Assembly (NCBI GenBank): GCA_965238175.1
Contig: CBDEGZ010000003.1
Location: 992,001 to 1,056,000 of the forward strand
Length of the DNA: 64,000 bases
Direction: 5' to 3'
Source of the DNA: Gammaproteobacteria bacterium
Lineage (GTDB): Bacteria; Pseudomonadota; Gammaproteobacteria; CAJXQU01
A model generated the notes under the pieces. It saw only the letters and a program-made list of their open reading frames with translations, had not been told where the DNA came from and searched no databases. Shown here one piece after another: positions 9,325-20,311 of the stretch (within the stretch, counting starts at the first letter, position 1; each line of letters starts with the position of its first letter). The position numbers and the translations under genes are program-made.

Positions 9325-10326
9325 ATGCGCGTTTTAGGCATCGAAACTTCTTGTGACGAAACAGGGGTCGCAATTTATGACACAAAGCAAGGACTTTTAG
9401 CTCATGCTTTATTCAGTCAAATTGATCTTCATGCCCAATACGGTGGAGTGGTTCCGGAGTTGGCATCACGTGATCATGTTCGAAGGATTATCCCTTTAGT
9501 GAAAGGTGTTTTGGAAGAAGCGAACACTCACTCCGATCAAATTGGGGGCATTGCCTATACACAAGGTCCTGGTCTTATTGGTGCACTTTTAGTTGGGGTT
9601 TCTGTCGCGCATGGTTTGGCATGGGCATGGAAGATCTCAAGTGTCGGTGTACATCATATGGAAGGGCATTTATTGGCCTGTATGCTGGAAGAAAATCCAC
9701 CAGCATTCCCATTTGTTGCTTTACTTGTTTCCGGGGGGCATACGCAGCTAGTCAAAGTCAGCAGTGTCGGTGACTATCAAATACTCGGTGAATCACTTGA
9801 TGATGCAGTGGGAGAGGCTTTTGATAAAACGGCAAAGTTACTTGGATTATCATATCCAGGTGGGTCGGCAATTGAAAAACTTTCAAATCAAGGAAATTCT
9901 GATTGGTATACTTTTCCTCGTCCAATGGTTAATCGCCCGGGGTTGGATTTCAGTTTTAGCGGGTTAAAAACATTTGCTAAGAATACCTGGGAAAAGTCAG
10001 AACAAAATGATCAGACTAAAGCGGATATCTCTCGCGCTTTTTCTGATGCGGTTTTTGACACTTTATTAATCAAATGTAAGCGCGCATTAAAAGAGACTGG
10101 GTTAAAAAGATTAGTGATCGCGGGTGGCGTAAGTGCTAATAATCAGTTGAGGGATCAATTCAAAACATTAAACGCGGAAGTTTATTACCCAAGGTTAGAA
10201 TTTTGTACCGATAATGGCGCTATGATCGCTTATGCAGGTGCAATAAGGTTAGCTGCGGGTGAAAAAAATGGGTTGGCTTTTCAGGCGCAACCTCGATGGC
10301 AAATGGAAGATCTGGAGCCGATTTAA
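9325..10326 (+). CDS. tsaD: tRNA threonylcarbamoyltransferase TsaD
   Basis: [24 protein letters not shown]. Confidence 0.98.
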   Translation: MRVLGIETSCDETGVAIYDTKQGLLAHALFSQIDLHAQYGGVVPELASRDHVRRIIPLVKGVLEEANTHSDQIGGIAYTQGPGLIGALLVGVSVAHGLAWAWKISSVGVHHMEGHLLACMLEENPPAFPFVALLVSGGHTQLVKVSSVGDYQILGESLDDAVGEAFDKTAKLLGLSYPGGSAIEKLSNQGNSDWYTFPRPMVNRPGLDFSFSGLKTFAKNTWEKSEQNDQTKADISRAFSDAVFDTLLIKCKRALKETGLKRLVIAGGVSANNQLRDQFKTLNAEVYYPRLEFCTDNGAMIAYAGAIRLAAGEKNGLAFQAQPRWQMEDLEPI

Positions 10327-10332
10327 ATCACT

Positions 10333-11715
10333 ATGATTCATACCTTCGCCTGGTTTTCGTTGCGAGAAGCACTTTCTATTTATAAGAATTCCCGTGTGGT
10401 GGGAATGCTGTTTCTGGGATTTTCTGCCGGATTACCGATATTGCTCGTGTTTGGAACCTTGTCGTTTTGGTTACGTGAGGCAGGTGTTTCAAGAAGTACG
10501 ATCGGTTTTTTTAGTTGGATCGGCTTAGCTTATGCCGTGAAATGGTGTTGGTCTCCTTTAGTTGATCGACTGAAATTGCCTGTTCTGACCCATTGGCTGG
10601 GAAGGCGGCGTGCCTGGTTACTCTTTTCTCAAATTTTGATCATTTTTTCGTTGGTGTGTATGGCGATGACAGATCCTGGGGTTGATCTCAGATTAATGGC
10701 TGGATTTGCCTTGTTAGTTGCAGTCTCTTCAGCGACTCAAGATATTGCCTTGGATGCTTATCGAATTGAAGCTGTTCCAGAAGACATGCAAGGTGCGATG
10801 TCGGCGAGCTATATGGCTGGTTATCGTTTAGGTATGATTTTGGCGTCAGCAGGAACATTGGCAATTGCTGCGATTTTTGATCCATCTGAGGCAAGTTATG
10901 AGCACCATCCTTGGCAGATAGCCTATCTATGTATGGCGGCTTGTATGTTGGTGGGGATTATCTCGACGCTGTTAACAACGGAGCCAGATCAAATAGAAGA
11001 TCTTGAGTCGGGCCAAAGAAAAGAAAAGTTAGCGACATTGATAGCGCGTCATCAACATTTACCAAAACCTATTGCTAATTTCCTGGGTTGGTTTTTAGAT
11101 GCGGTGGTCAGCCCTTTCTGGGATTTTCTCATACGTTATGGTTGGCATGCATTACTGATCCTGTTTTTGATCGGAACATATCGCATATCCGATATTGTTT
11201 TAGGAATCATGGCAAACCCATTTTATTACGACATGGGTTTTACTAAAGCAGAAGTGGCGGGAATTACCAAGATCTATGGTGTAATAATGACAATTGTAGG
11301 AGCCGGATTCGGTGGACTTATGATCGTTCGCTGGGGAGTCTTACCCATTTTATTACTCGGTGCTGTTCTGTCAGCTGGGAGTAATCTTCTATTCTCAGTA
11401 CTCGCTGGTATAGGACATGATATCTGGTGGTTAACAGCCGTAATTTCTTTCGATAATTTCAGTGCTGGAATTGCAACTGCTGCATTTGTCGCGTACTTAT
11501 CAAGTCTGACGAATGTGAGCTACTCGGCAACGCAATATGCGTTATTCAGTTCGGTCATGTTGCTGTTGCCTAAATTCATGGCAGGTTTTTCTGGCGTGAT
11601 TGTCGATAAGATCGGTTATTCGGAATTTTTTGTGGGCACGGCTTTATTGGGAATGCCTGTTTTAATTTTGATCGTGCTGGCTATGAAATTTGTTCCGACA
11701 AGGAACAAATCCTGA
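10333..11715 (+). CDS. ampG: AmpG-family muropeptide MFS transporter
   Basis: LGFSAGLP, WSPLVDR, SATQDIALDAYRIE, ATQYALFSS. Confidence 0.92.
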   Translation: MIHTFAWFSLREALSIYKNSRVVGMLFLGFSAGLPILLVFGTLSFWLREAGVSRSTIGFFSWIGLAYAVKWCWSPLVDRLKLPVLTHWLGRRRAWLLFSQILIIFSLVCMAMTDPGVDLRLMAGFALLVAVSSATQDIALDAYRIEAVPEDMQGAMSASYMAGYRLGMILASAGTLAIAAIFDPSEASYEHHPWQIAYLCMAACMLVGIISTLLTTEPDQIEDLESGQRKEKLATLIARHQHLPKPIANFLGWFLDAVVSPFWDFLIRYGWHALLILFLIGTYRISDIVLGIMANPFYYDMGFTKAEVAGITKIYGVIMTIVGAGFGGLMIVRWGVLPILLLGAVLSAGSNLLFSVLAGIGHDIWWLTAVISFDNFSAGIATAAFVAYLSSLTNVSYSATQYALFSSVMLLLPKFMAGFSGVIVDKIGYSEFFVGTALLGMPVLILIVLAMKFVPTRNKS

Positions 11716-11754
11716 AAGTGTCTGTCATTACAGACTACTGTTTGACGTTAATGG

Positions 11755-12028
11755 GTACTTTATCTAGTTGATATTGTCGAATTCAGTTAGTTTGTCAGTA
11801 CTCATGGCAAGACGTGTCTTGCTGGAAATGGCTTAAAATAAGTTTGGCTATTTACAAAAGGCACAACGCAGTCCATGGTCGCTGACAAGCTAACCCGAAG
11901 GGCACTACCGTGGTGCCCCGCCGCTGCGTTGTAGCGTTTGAGAATAGAACGACTATTCTCTTCGCATTACGCCTCGCCGCAAACACCACGGTAACGCTGA
12001 ATGCGACAATATCAACTGGACAGAGTGC
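11755..12028. mobile_element. MITE-like palindromic element, family A copy 2 (inverted, diverged)
   Basis: Terminal IR core AGTTGATATTGTCG...CGACAATATCAACT; alignable throughout with the reverse complement of 8160-8435. Confidence 0.85.
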
Positions 12029-12241
12029 TTAGATGTGTGGAGAATATTGGCGCGATTAAGTTAAAATCACGCGATTAAGTTTATGCAATAAGTACAAGTC
12101 CGAATAATCTTAAAAATAATAATTAATCAAGATATAAATAAACTTTGTTCGGAAGGTATAGCCCAAGAATAGTTACCTTAAGAACAATTGCCTAAAATTA
12201 ACGTAAGAACAGTAAAACCAACGAATAGTGAAAATAAAGTA

Positions 12242-13234
12242 ATGCCAAAAAATCCTATGGAAAATGCGATAGAAGTAAAACGTTTGAGCAAGCAATTTGG
12301 ATCATTGCTTGCCGTTAATGATATTTCGTTTAATGTTAGGCGTGGTGAAGTACTCGGATTTCTAGGACCAAATGGTGCTGGTAAATCCACAACGATGAAA
12401 ATGATCGCAGGGTTTCTAGAACCAACCAACGGAACCGTCAGTCTGTGTGGTCATGATGTTCTGGAAGATCCAATTAGTTTGAAAAAGAAGCTGGGTTATT
12501 TACCTGAAGGTGCGCCTGCTTACGGCGAAATGACACCAAAAAATTTCCTGAATTTTATTGCTGACATTCGTGGTCTGCAAGGAAGCTATCGACAAGAAAG
12601 AATCGACGATGTGGTTAAAAAAATTAATATCGATGGTGTTATGAATCAGCCAATCGAAACCCTTTCTAAAGGGTTTAAACGACGAGTGGGTATGGCGCAA
12701 GCGATTCTGCATGATCCTGAAGTGTTGATTATGGACGAACCCACAGATGGTCTTGATCCAAATCAAAAGCATGAAGTACGAACCTTAATACAAGCAATGG
12801 CTCAGGATAAGGCGATTATTATTTCGACGCATATATTAGAAGAAGTTGGTGCCGTTTGTGATCGCGCGATCATTATAGCGAAAGGTCAACTTCTGTTTAA
12901 TGGCACACCAAAAGAATTGATATCTAAATCTAAATATCACAATGCCGTTTCTTTGACGATAAAAACCTCTCAAAGTCAGAGTGCGAAACAGCTGCTTTCT
13001 AATCTGCCGAGTGTGGAAAACATTGAATTGTTAGAAAAAACGCTCGGAAAGTCCCAACTGTTAATTATCCCCAAAAAGGGTATGAGCATTGTTGGTAGTA
13101 TTAGTGATCTCGTACATACACGTGCTTGGGAAGTGGGTGAACTTCGTGTAGAAACAGGGCGCGTCGATGAAGTGTTCAGAGATATCACTATAGGATCAAA
13201 TTCTCCGGCGCTAGAACAGGAGCACCTTTCATGA
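12242..13234 (+). CDS. ABC transporter ATP-binding protein (GldA-like)
   Basis: GPNGAGKST, LSKGFKRRVG, DEPTDGLDP; start may be 12257. Confidence 0.93.
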   Translation: MPKNPMENAIEVKRLSKQFGSLLAVNDISFNVRRGEVLGFLGPNGAGKSTTMKMIAGFLEPTNGTVSLCGHDVLEDPISLKKKLGYLPEGAPAYGEMTPKNFLNFIADIRGLQGSYRQERIDDVVKKINIDGVMNQPIETLSKGFKRRVGMAQAILHDPEVLIMDEPTDGLDPNQKHEVRTLIQAMAQDKAIIISTHILEEVGAVCDRAIIIAKGQLLFNGTPKELISKSKYHNAVSLTIKTSQSQSAKQLLSNLPSVENIELLEKTLGKSQLLIIPKKGMSIVGSISDLVHTRAWEVGELRVETGRVDEVFRDITIGSNSPALEQEHLS

Positions 13235-13965
13235 ACAATATTCTGTCTATTTTTAAACGTGAATTAAGTGCTTATTTTGCAACACCGGTTGCTTACGTTT
13301 TTATTGTGATTTTTTTATTTTTAACCGGTATTTTTACTTTTTATATCGGTGGGTTTTATGAAAGTAATCAAGCTGGCTTAGTGCCTTTCTTTAGTTTCCA
13401 TCCATGGCTTTATTTGTTTTTGATCCCGGCGATATCAATGCGCCTTTGGTCTGAAGAACGCAAAACTGGCACTATCGAATTATTAATGACATTACCCATA
13501 TCTTTAACAGAAGCAGTTATTGGTAAATTTTTAGCGGCCTGGTGTTTTACCGCAATCGCGCTAGTGCTGACTTTCCCGATTTGGATCACGGTAAATTATT
13601 TAGGTGATCCGGATAACACGGTTATTTTTGTCAGTTATATCGGCAGTTTATTGATGGCAGGAGGCTTCCTTGCAATTGGTTCTTGCATCTCTGCATTGAC
13701 AAAAAATCAAGTCATCGCGTTTGTTGTTAGTGTCGTTATTTGCTTCTTATTTACTCTAAGCGGCTTCCCACTCGTACAAGACTTTTTTAGTGTCTGGGCT
13801 CCACAATCGATTTTGGATGCGATCAGTTCATTTAGTTTTCTAAGTCATTTTAATTCAATAATGAAAGGCGTTATTGATATTCGTGACATCATCTTTTTTG
13901 CATCGCTAATCGGTTTGTGGCTGTATTTAAACACGCTGGCAATTGATAGTAATAAGGCCAGATAA
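13231..13965 (+). CDS. ABC-2 permease (GldF-like)
   Basis: MRLWSEERKTGTIELLMTLP; six TM segments. Confidence 0.92.
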   Translation: MNNILSIFKRELSAYFATPVAYVFIVIFLFLTGIFTFYIGGFYESNQAGLVPFFSFHPWLYLFLIPAISMRLWSEERKTGTIELLMTLPISLTEAVIGKFLAAWCFTAIALVLTFPIWITVNYLGDPDNTVIFVSYIGSLLMAGGFLAIGSCISALTKNQVIAFVVSVVICFLFTLSGFPLVQDFFSVWAPQSILDAISSFSFLSHFNSIMKGVIDIRDIIFFASLIGLWLYLNTLAIDSNKAR

Positions 13966-13981
13966 AATAAGACGAGATAAA

Positions 13982-15850
13982 ATGAGTAAAAGATTTATAA
14001 CATTAAGCAGTCTAGTTCTGGCTATCGTACTTTTTCTCGCGATCAATATTCTTGCGAGTGGCACGCTGACTTCATGGCGTATGGACATGACCGACAATAA
14101 ACTTTTCACCTTGTCGGACGGCACTCGAAACATTCTTAAAGATCTTGAAGAGCCAGTCACATTGAGATATTTCTTTTCGCAAAAAATGCTCAACAGCATT
14201 CCTAATCTAAAAAATTATGGTGCGCGTGTTCGTGATATGTTGGAAGAGTATGAAGATGCGTCGAATGGCAAGTTAAAATTGATCATTTCTGATCCAGAAC
14301 CATTTTCAGAAGTAGAAGATGAAGCCGTCAGTTATGGGATGCAACAGTTACCTGTTAGCAATAATGGCGAGCTAGCCTACTTTGGTTTGGCCGGTACGAA
14401 TACCACAGACGACGAAGAGATCATTCCATTCTTTCAGCCTGAAAAAGAACAGACGCTCGAATATGAATTGACTAAAATGATCTACAATTTGGGTAATCCA
14501 AAAGATCGTGTTATCGGCGTGATTAGTACCTTACCGGTTTTTGGTCAACGTTCTCCTGATGGTCGATCAAGTGTGCCTGCCTGGGCGGTGATGGATATCA
14601 TGCGTAGTGAGTACCAAGTGCGAGATTTAGGTGTACAAACCAGTTATATCGATCCGGAAATTGATACTTTATTGGTTATTCATCCGAAGTCTTTAAAAGA
14701 CAAAACATTGTACGCAATTGATCAATTTGTTTTGAAAGGTGGTAAGGCAATTGTTTTTGTTGATCCGATGTCGGAAGCAGATGAAACTATGCCAGATCAA
14801 CAAAGCCAGATGGTTATGCCAGAACGTCACTCAACGATGCCGACACTTTTCGATAAATGGGGTATTGTTTTTGATACAACAAAAGTTGCTGGCGACATTG
14901 AAGCGTCAATTCGAGTGCAATCGAGAAATGCGCGTGGTCCGCAAGAAATTGCTTATATTCCGTGGATGCGTTTGCAACCACAGCATTTCAATAAGGACGA
15001 TTTTTCTACTAACCAATTGACCTTAATTAATTTAGGTACAGCGGGCTTTCTTCAGCAAGAGGAAGGGGCGACAACGACATTCACACCATTGATTTCAACA
15101 AGTAATAATTCAATGGCTTATGAACGCGATTCCGTTATTTTTGTTCGTGATCCAACCGCATTACTTGATCAATTTGAATCAGGTGGAAAACAATTAATGA
15201 TCGCTGCGCGGATTAATGGAAAGGTAGCAACTGCATTTCCTGAAGGTCGTCCAGCGGCGGATGAAAAAGATCCAACGTTTGTTAGCGAATCGAAAGAAGA
15301 TATTAATCTTATCGTAATAGCCGATACCGATATTCTTGCAGATCGATTCTGGGTACAGTTCCAGAACTTTATGGGATCACGAGTACCTACACCGCATGCT
15401 GATAATGCAAAATTTATATTGAACAGTATTGATATTTTAGGCGGCAATGCAGATCTGATTAGTTTAAGAAGTCGTGGTCAATATTCTCGGCCTTTCGATA
15501 GAGTTCAAGATCTGCAACGACAAGCAGAAGATCAATTCCGAGCACGCGAACAAGCATTGCAACAAAAACTGCAAGAGGCTGAGCAACGTATTAGTCAATT
15601 GCAGCAACAGAATACCGAAAACAGTGGAACCTTGTTGAGTCCTGAGCAAAGGAAAGAGATCGAAAGTTTTCAACAGGAGCAGCTTAAAACACGTAAGGAA
15701 CTGCGTTCTGTACAACATGATCTGAAGAAAAATATTGAGCAACTAGGAACAAAATTAAAATTTCTCAATATTGGTTTGATCCCGATGCTGATCGGACTAC
15801 TTGCGATTGGAACCGCTGTTTTAAGTGTTAAACGTAGAGCACGTCCTTAA
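13982..15850 (+). CDS. GldG-family ABC auxiliary protein
   Basis: RMDMTDNKLFTLS, EYELTKMI, DQFVLKGG; N- and C-terminal TM helices, coiled coil. Confidence 0.9.
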   Translation: MSKRFITLSSLVLAIVLFLAINILASGTLTSWRMDMTDNKLFTLSDGTRNILKDLEEPVTLRYFFSQKMLNSIPNLKNYGARVRDMLEEYEDASNGKLKLIISDPEPFSEVEDEAVSYGMQQLPVSNNGELAYFGLAGTNTTDDEEIIPFFQPEKEQTLEYELTKMIYNLGNPKDRVIGVISTLPVFGQRSPDGRSSVPAWAVMDIMRSEYQVRDLGVQTSYIDPEIDTLLVIHPKSLKDKTLYAIDQFVLKGGKAIVFVDPMSEADETMPDQQSQMVMPERHSTMPTLFDKWGIVFDTTKVAGDIEASIRVQSRNARGPQEIAYIPWMRLQPQHFNKDDFSTNQLTLINLGTAGFLQQEEGATTTFTPLISTSNNSMAYERDSVIFVRDPTALLDQFESGGKQLMIAARINGKVATAFPEGRPAADEKDPTFVSESKEDINLIVIADTDILADRFWVQFQNFMGSRVPTPHADNAKFILNSIDILGGNADLISLRSRGQYSRPFDRVQDLQRQAEDQFRAREQALQQKLQEAEQRISQLQQQNTENSGTLLSPEQRKEIESFQQEQLKTRKELRSVQHDLKKNIEQLGTKLKFLNIGLIPMLIGLLAIGTAVLSVKRRARP

Positions 15851-15854
15851 TAAT

Positions 15855-17072
15855 ATGAAAAAATCATTACCCTTATTTGCTATTGTTACTTTGTTATTTG
15901 TTATTGCTGCCTGGTTCTCTGTTCAGCAACGTTCATTAGAGACAGTGGTCAATAAAGAACCTTTGTTTCCAGAGCTTGCTAATAAAATCCAGGATGTCGC
16001 AAAGGTAGAGCTGAGAACCCACGACATGGAGACAGTGCTCGCAGCAAAAGATGATCTATGGGTGTTGGAAAACCGTGGTAGCTATCCTGCTCATTTTACT
16101 CGAATTAAACCTTTGGTAATTGCGCTGAGCAAACTTGAAATACGGGAAGCTAAAACCGCTAATCCAGCGTTATATTCTCGTCTACAAGTCGAAGATATTA
16201 CTGACGAAAAAGCAAAATCAAAACAGGTGGTTTTGAAGGATGTTGATGGCAATGTTTTAGTATCGCTTCTGGTAGGAAAGGAGCGTATCAACAGAACAGA
16301 TGGATCAACTGATTCGCTCTACGTTAGAAAAGCTGGTGAAGAAAAAACCTATTTGGTTAAAGGTGAAGTTTCCCTGTCAGCAGATCCTGCAGAATGGTTT
16401 GAAAATAGTCTGATCAATTTATCTTCTGATCGTCTGAAGAGTATCTCGATCCAGCATGGCGGTGATAAGACGGTTGAAGTGATTAGAGAAGATAAAAATA
16501 CGGTCAATTATGATTTACAAAATATACCAGAAGGTTTTAAGGTTAAATCGCAAACCACCCTTAATAGTTTGGCTTCCATCGTTGAAGAATTGCATTTTGA
16601 TGACGTGAATAGTTCTGCGGAATTCAAATGGTCTGATGAAACTTTAACTACTGTTTATGAAACGTTTGGAGGTCTTGTAGCAAAGATTAAATCGAGCAAT
16701 ATTGATAATAAAACTTGGGCGGCTTTTTCATTTGAATTTGTTGGTAAAGATGAGCTAAAAAGTGAAACTCAGAGTGATGCAGGAGTAAGTAAGGCTGAAA
16801 AATCTAAAATACCTTCGGTTAAGCAACAGGTAGAATTACTCAATGCAAAAACGGATGGTTGGGTTTATGCACTACCTGCACATAAAGCGCAACAACTTAC
16901 ACGAACACTTTCTGATTTAATTATAGAAGAAGGTCAGCAAACAGAGTCTAAAAAACAATCTCAAATGCCTGGTTTACTACCGGGAATGTCTGGGGGAATG
17001 CCAACGGAATTACCACCTGGTGTCACCCCTGAAATGTTACAAGAGATGATGTCACCTCAAGGACAGCCTTAA
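15855..17072 (+). CDS. DUF4340-like periplasmic protein
   Basis: N-terminal TM helix; typical fourth gene of Gld-like operons; Pro/Met-rich tail. Confidence 0.75.
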   Translation: MKKSLPLFAIVTLLFVIAAWFSVQQRSLETVVNKEPLFPELANKIQDVAKVELRTHDMETVLAAKDDLWVLENRGSYPAHFTRIKPLVIALSKLEIREAKTANPALYSRLQVEDITDEKAKSKQVVLKDVDGNVLVSLLVGKERINRTDGSTDSLYVRKAGEEKTYLVKGEVSLSADPAEWFENSLINLSSDRLKSISIQHGGDKTVEVIREDKNTVNYDLQNIPEGFKVKSQTTLNSLASIVEELHFDDVNSSAEFKWSDETLTTVYETFGGLVAKIKSSNIDNKTWAAFSFEFVGKDELKSETQSDAGVSKAEKSKIPSVKQQVELLNAKTDGWVYALPAHKAQQLTRTLSDLIIEEGQQTESKKQSQMPGLLPGMSGGMPTELPPGVTPEMLQEMMSPQGQP

Positions 17073-17159
17073 TAAATTTTTTAGGATGCAACAAGCCAAG
17101 AAAAATTGATCAGTTTGTATTATGTATTAAAATGATGATAGTAAACCCTGGGGACGTTC

Positions 17160-18578
17160 ATGCGTTCTATTTTCAAGGCTTTTTTAACTCTTCTATTTAA
17201 CCGTTATACGGGTGTTGCCTTTCTGGCAGGTGTACTTGTAGCGAGTTGGTTTATTGGCGGGTTTGGTGAGGCTAAACCCGATCTTCAACGTCTTTTCTCA
17301 GAAAGTAAAACGGTTACGGATCAGCCGCCAGTGGTGTTTATTCATGGTGTACTTGGTGGGAAATTAAAAAATACTCAAACCGAAGAAGAGGTCTGGCCAG
17401 GTTCGGTCTTCAATATACTGCTTGGAGATCATGATCGCCTCGCTTTAAAAATTGATCACGATACGCTTGAGGTCAAGCCTGATGAGCATCATGCATTTGC
17501 GATTGCAGATAGTTCAGCTGGTAAAGATTTCTACGGCAATATTATCAAAACGCTACACACTTATGGTCGTTATCAAAAAGCACGTCCAGGTCAGACAATT
17601 GATCCTGTAAACAAATATTACTACCCATTTTTTTATGACTGGCGGCAGGACAATTCAAAGACCGCCGCGAAGTTAGCAGATTTTATTGATCAGATCAGAA
17701 AGGATTACAACAACCCAAACTTAAAAGTCGATATTGTCGCACACAGTATGGGAGGATTGATCGCCCGGTATTACCTCCGGTATGGAAGAACGGATGTTTT
17801 GAACGACAATGATTTCCCGATCAATATGTATGGTGAGGATCGGATCCGACGCGTAATTTTGCTTGGTACACCTAATCTGGGATCGGTCAAAACAATGAAG
17901 GCCTTTATAGCTGGTATCAATTTAGGGGCTGGCAAGATTAATCCCGAAATTTTGGCAACCATGCCAAGCTTGTATCAGCTTATGCCGCATCCACTTAATA
18001 ATTGGATCGTGACAACGCAGGGTAAAAGTTTGGAGCGAGATTTATTTGATATAAATTTATGGCGACAATTTGAGTGGAATATTTTTGATCCAGAAGTTCG
18101 AGCAAGAGTTAAAGCGCAATTTACAGATGCAAAAGAAGCGGAAGAACATTTGCAAGTATTAGAAAACTACTTCGAGAAAACAATTGAAAGAGCTCGGAGG
18201 TTTGTTTGGTCGTTAACTATTCCTTTGCCAGAAAAACATCCAACTCTGATCGTTTTTGGTGGCGATTGCACATTGACCCCAGCTAGAATTGCTGTTGAAG
18301 AAGTTGATGGCGTGTCGTTTGTTCGATTGAATGCGGGAGAAATAGTTAATCCGGATGAGAATATAGATTACGAAGAATTATTAATGGAGCCGGGCGATGG
18401 TGCTGTCACTAAAGCATCCTTGTTGGGGCGTAATGTTCTTGACCCCAGCATCCCAAGACACAAGTATTCTTTTTTCCCATTGGATCATGGGATTATGTTG
18501 TGTGAAAAACATAACAGTTTGACCGGTAATATTAGTTTTCAGGATAATTTATTAAATGCATTATTAATAAGAGATTAA
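17160..18578 (+). CDS. Alpha/beta-hydrolase, LCAT/lipase-like
   Basis: FIHGVLG, YDWRQD, AHSMGG nucleophile elbow, GDGAV, C-terminal His. Confidence 0.85.
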   Translation: MRSIFKAFLTLLFNRYTGVAFLAGVLVASWFIGGFGEAKPDLQRLFSESKTVTDQPPVVFIHGVLGGKLKNTQTEEEVWPGSVFNILLGDHDRLALKIDHDTLEVKPDEHHAFAIADSSAGKDFYGNIIKTLHTYGRYQKARPGQTIDPVNKYYYPFFYDWRQDNSKTAAKLADFIDQIRKDYNNPNLKVDIVAHSMGGLIARYYLRYGRTDVLNDNDFPINMYGEDRIRRVILLGTPNLGSVKTMKAFIAGINLGAGKINPEILATMPSLYQLMPHPLNNWIVTTQGKSLERDLFDINLWRQFEWNIFDPEVRARVKAQFTDAKEAEEHLQVLENYFEKTIERARRFVWSLTIPLPEKHPTLIVFGGDCTLTPARIAVEEVDGVSFVRLNAGEIVNPDENIDYEELLMEPGDGAVTKASLLGRNVLDPSIPRHKYSFFPLDHGIMLCEKHNSLTGNISFQDNLLNALLIRD

Positions 18579-18591
18579 TGCAAGGTTGATC

Positions 18592-20295
18592 ATGAAGCTT
18601 TCCACTCTTTTTGTATATTCAGTATTTTCAACAATATTTCTTTTAACGAAAAATTCATCAGCTCAAGATGATACTCAGGCAGAAGCTGACCAAGTCGTCT
18701 ACTTAGAACAAAACTGGACTGAAGAAGAAAGACAACGATTTTATTTTATCGATCAAGGGTCACGGCTCATACCCTATGATATTTTTCTTAATCTTGAACA
18801 GGCAAAAAATGCAGAATTATTTCGTAGCGATAACAACATAAAGCGACTGGGTTTTATGCCAGCGAGAGCGAGCCGATCAAATCCAGATGGATTACCGATT
18901 GGTTTTGCTAAAGGTGATGATTTTCTTGCACCAACCTGTGCGGGGTGTCATACGCAAGTAATAGAGTACCAAGGAAAATCTATACATCTTGATGGTGGTC
19001 AAGGGATGGGTGATCTTCAACTTTTTTTGCAAGAACTTACAGAGGCACTTGGATCCACTTTAAATGATAAAGAAAAATTTGTGCGTTTTGAAAAAGCTGT
19101 GCTTGGAGAAAATGGATCAGAAAGTGCGAAACAGAAATTACAGAAAAGACTTAAGGAGCAGTATGAAATACGCAGGGATTACAATCACCGTAACCATACT
19201 GACGTACCATACGGATACGCCAGACTTGATGCATTTGGCGCCATTCTAAATAGAGGTCTACATCTAACAGGTGTGCCGGATAATTTTAACTCCCCTAATG
19301 CACCTACAAGCTATCCTTATTTATGGGATACGCCTCAACATGATTATGTGGAGTGGAATGGTTCGCAATCAAACTCCTATATTGGTGCATTAGCAAGAAA
19401 TATCGGTGAAGTAATAGGTGTTTTTGGTGACATAGATACAACGCCAACAAAAAAAATATTTTTCATTGATGGTGGATATAAGTCTTCAATACAAGCTAAA
19501 AATCTCCGTGAGGTAGAGATGTTGGTGAGTAAATTACACTCCCCCGTTTGGCCTGATTTTTTCCCAGAGATTGATCAAGATCAAGCTCAAAAAGGTCGGG
19601 CTTTATATGAGCAACATTGCTTTGCTTGTCATGCAGATATTGATCGAACCGATCCGAAACGTAAAATACACACACAAATGAGTACGCTTGATTATGTTCA
19701 AACCGATCCTTTAATGGCCAGAAATGCACTTTTCTTGCGTGGTAAAACGGGTATTCTTGAAGGTAAGCCTCGTTTCTATGCGAAAGGTAATTTACTTGGA
19801 GAAGAAGAGCCAGCACTTTTTATTGCTAACCATTTTATGGGAGGTATATTAAAAAATAATCCTCTTCAAAGTTATTTTTCAATCAGGGATGCAAAAAAAT
19901 TGGGACATGAGGATGAAATTCATCCGGTGAAATATGTTGATGGAGAAGTGATTGAAATGGGGAAAGAGGTTTCTGAACATGCATTGCTTGCCTATAAAGC
20001 ACGTCCCTTAAATGGGGTGTGGTCGAGTGCACCATTTTTACATAATGGTTCTGTTCCAAATTTATATGAGTTGCTGCTGCCTGCCGAGGAAAGATCAACC
20101 GTTTTTTATCTAGGGGACTGGGAGTTTGATCCAACCCATGTGGGTTATGTTTCAACATCGGGTTCGTTTTTGTTTGATACCAAATTACTTGGAAATAGTA
20201 ATGCAGGCCACGAATATGGCACAGGTAAGGATGGAAAATTAAGACTTCGCGAGAATGAAATTTGGGAGTTGCTAGAGTATATAAAGATGCTCTAG
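18592..20295 (+). CDS. Secreted di-heme c-type cytochrome (RoxA/peroxidase-like)
   Basis: Signal peptide; CAGCH and CFACH; APFLHNGSVP, GNSNAGHEYG. Confidence 0.85.
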   Translation: MKLSTLFVYSVFSTIFLLTKNSSAQDDTQAEADQVVYLEQNWTEEERQRFYFIDQGSRLIPYDIFLNLEQAKNAELFRSDNNIKRLGFMPARASRSNPDGLPIGFAKGDDFLAPTCAGCHTQVIEYQGKSIHLDGGQGMGDLQLFLQELTEALGSTLNDKEKFVRFEKAVLGENGSESAKQKLQKRLKEQYEIRRDYNHRNHTDVPYGYARLDAFGAILNRGLHLTGVPDNFNSPNAPTSYPYLWDTPQHDYVEWNGSQSNSYIGALARNIGEVIGVFGDIDTTPTKKIFFIDGGYKSSIQAKNLREVEMLVSKLHSPVWPDFFPEIDQDQAQKGRALYEQHCFACHADIDRTDPKRKIHTQMSTLDYVQTDPLMARNALFLRGKTGILEGKPRFYAKGNLLGEEEPALFIANHFMGGILKNNPLQSYFSIRDAKKLGHEDEIHPVKYVDGEVIEMGKEVSEHALLAYKARPLNGVWSSAPFLHNGSVPNLYELLLPAEERSTVFYLGDWEFDPTHVGYVSTSGSFLFDTKLLGNSNAGHEYGTGKDGKLRLRENEIWELLEYIKML

Positions 20296-20311
20296 CCTGA
20301 TAAAAAACAGT

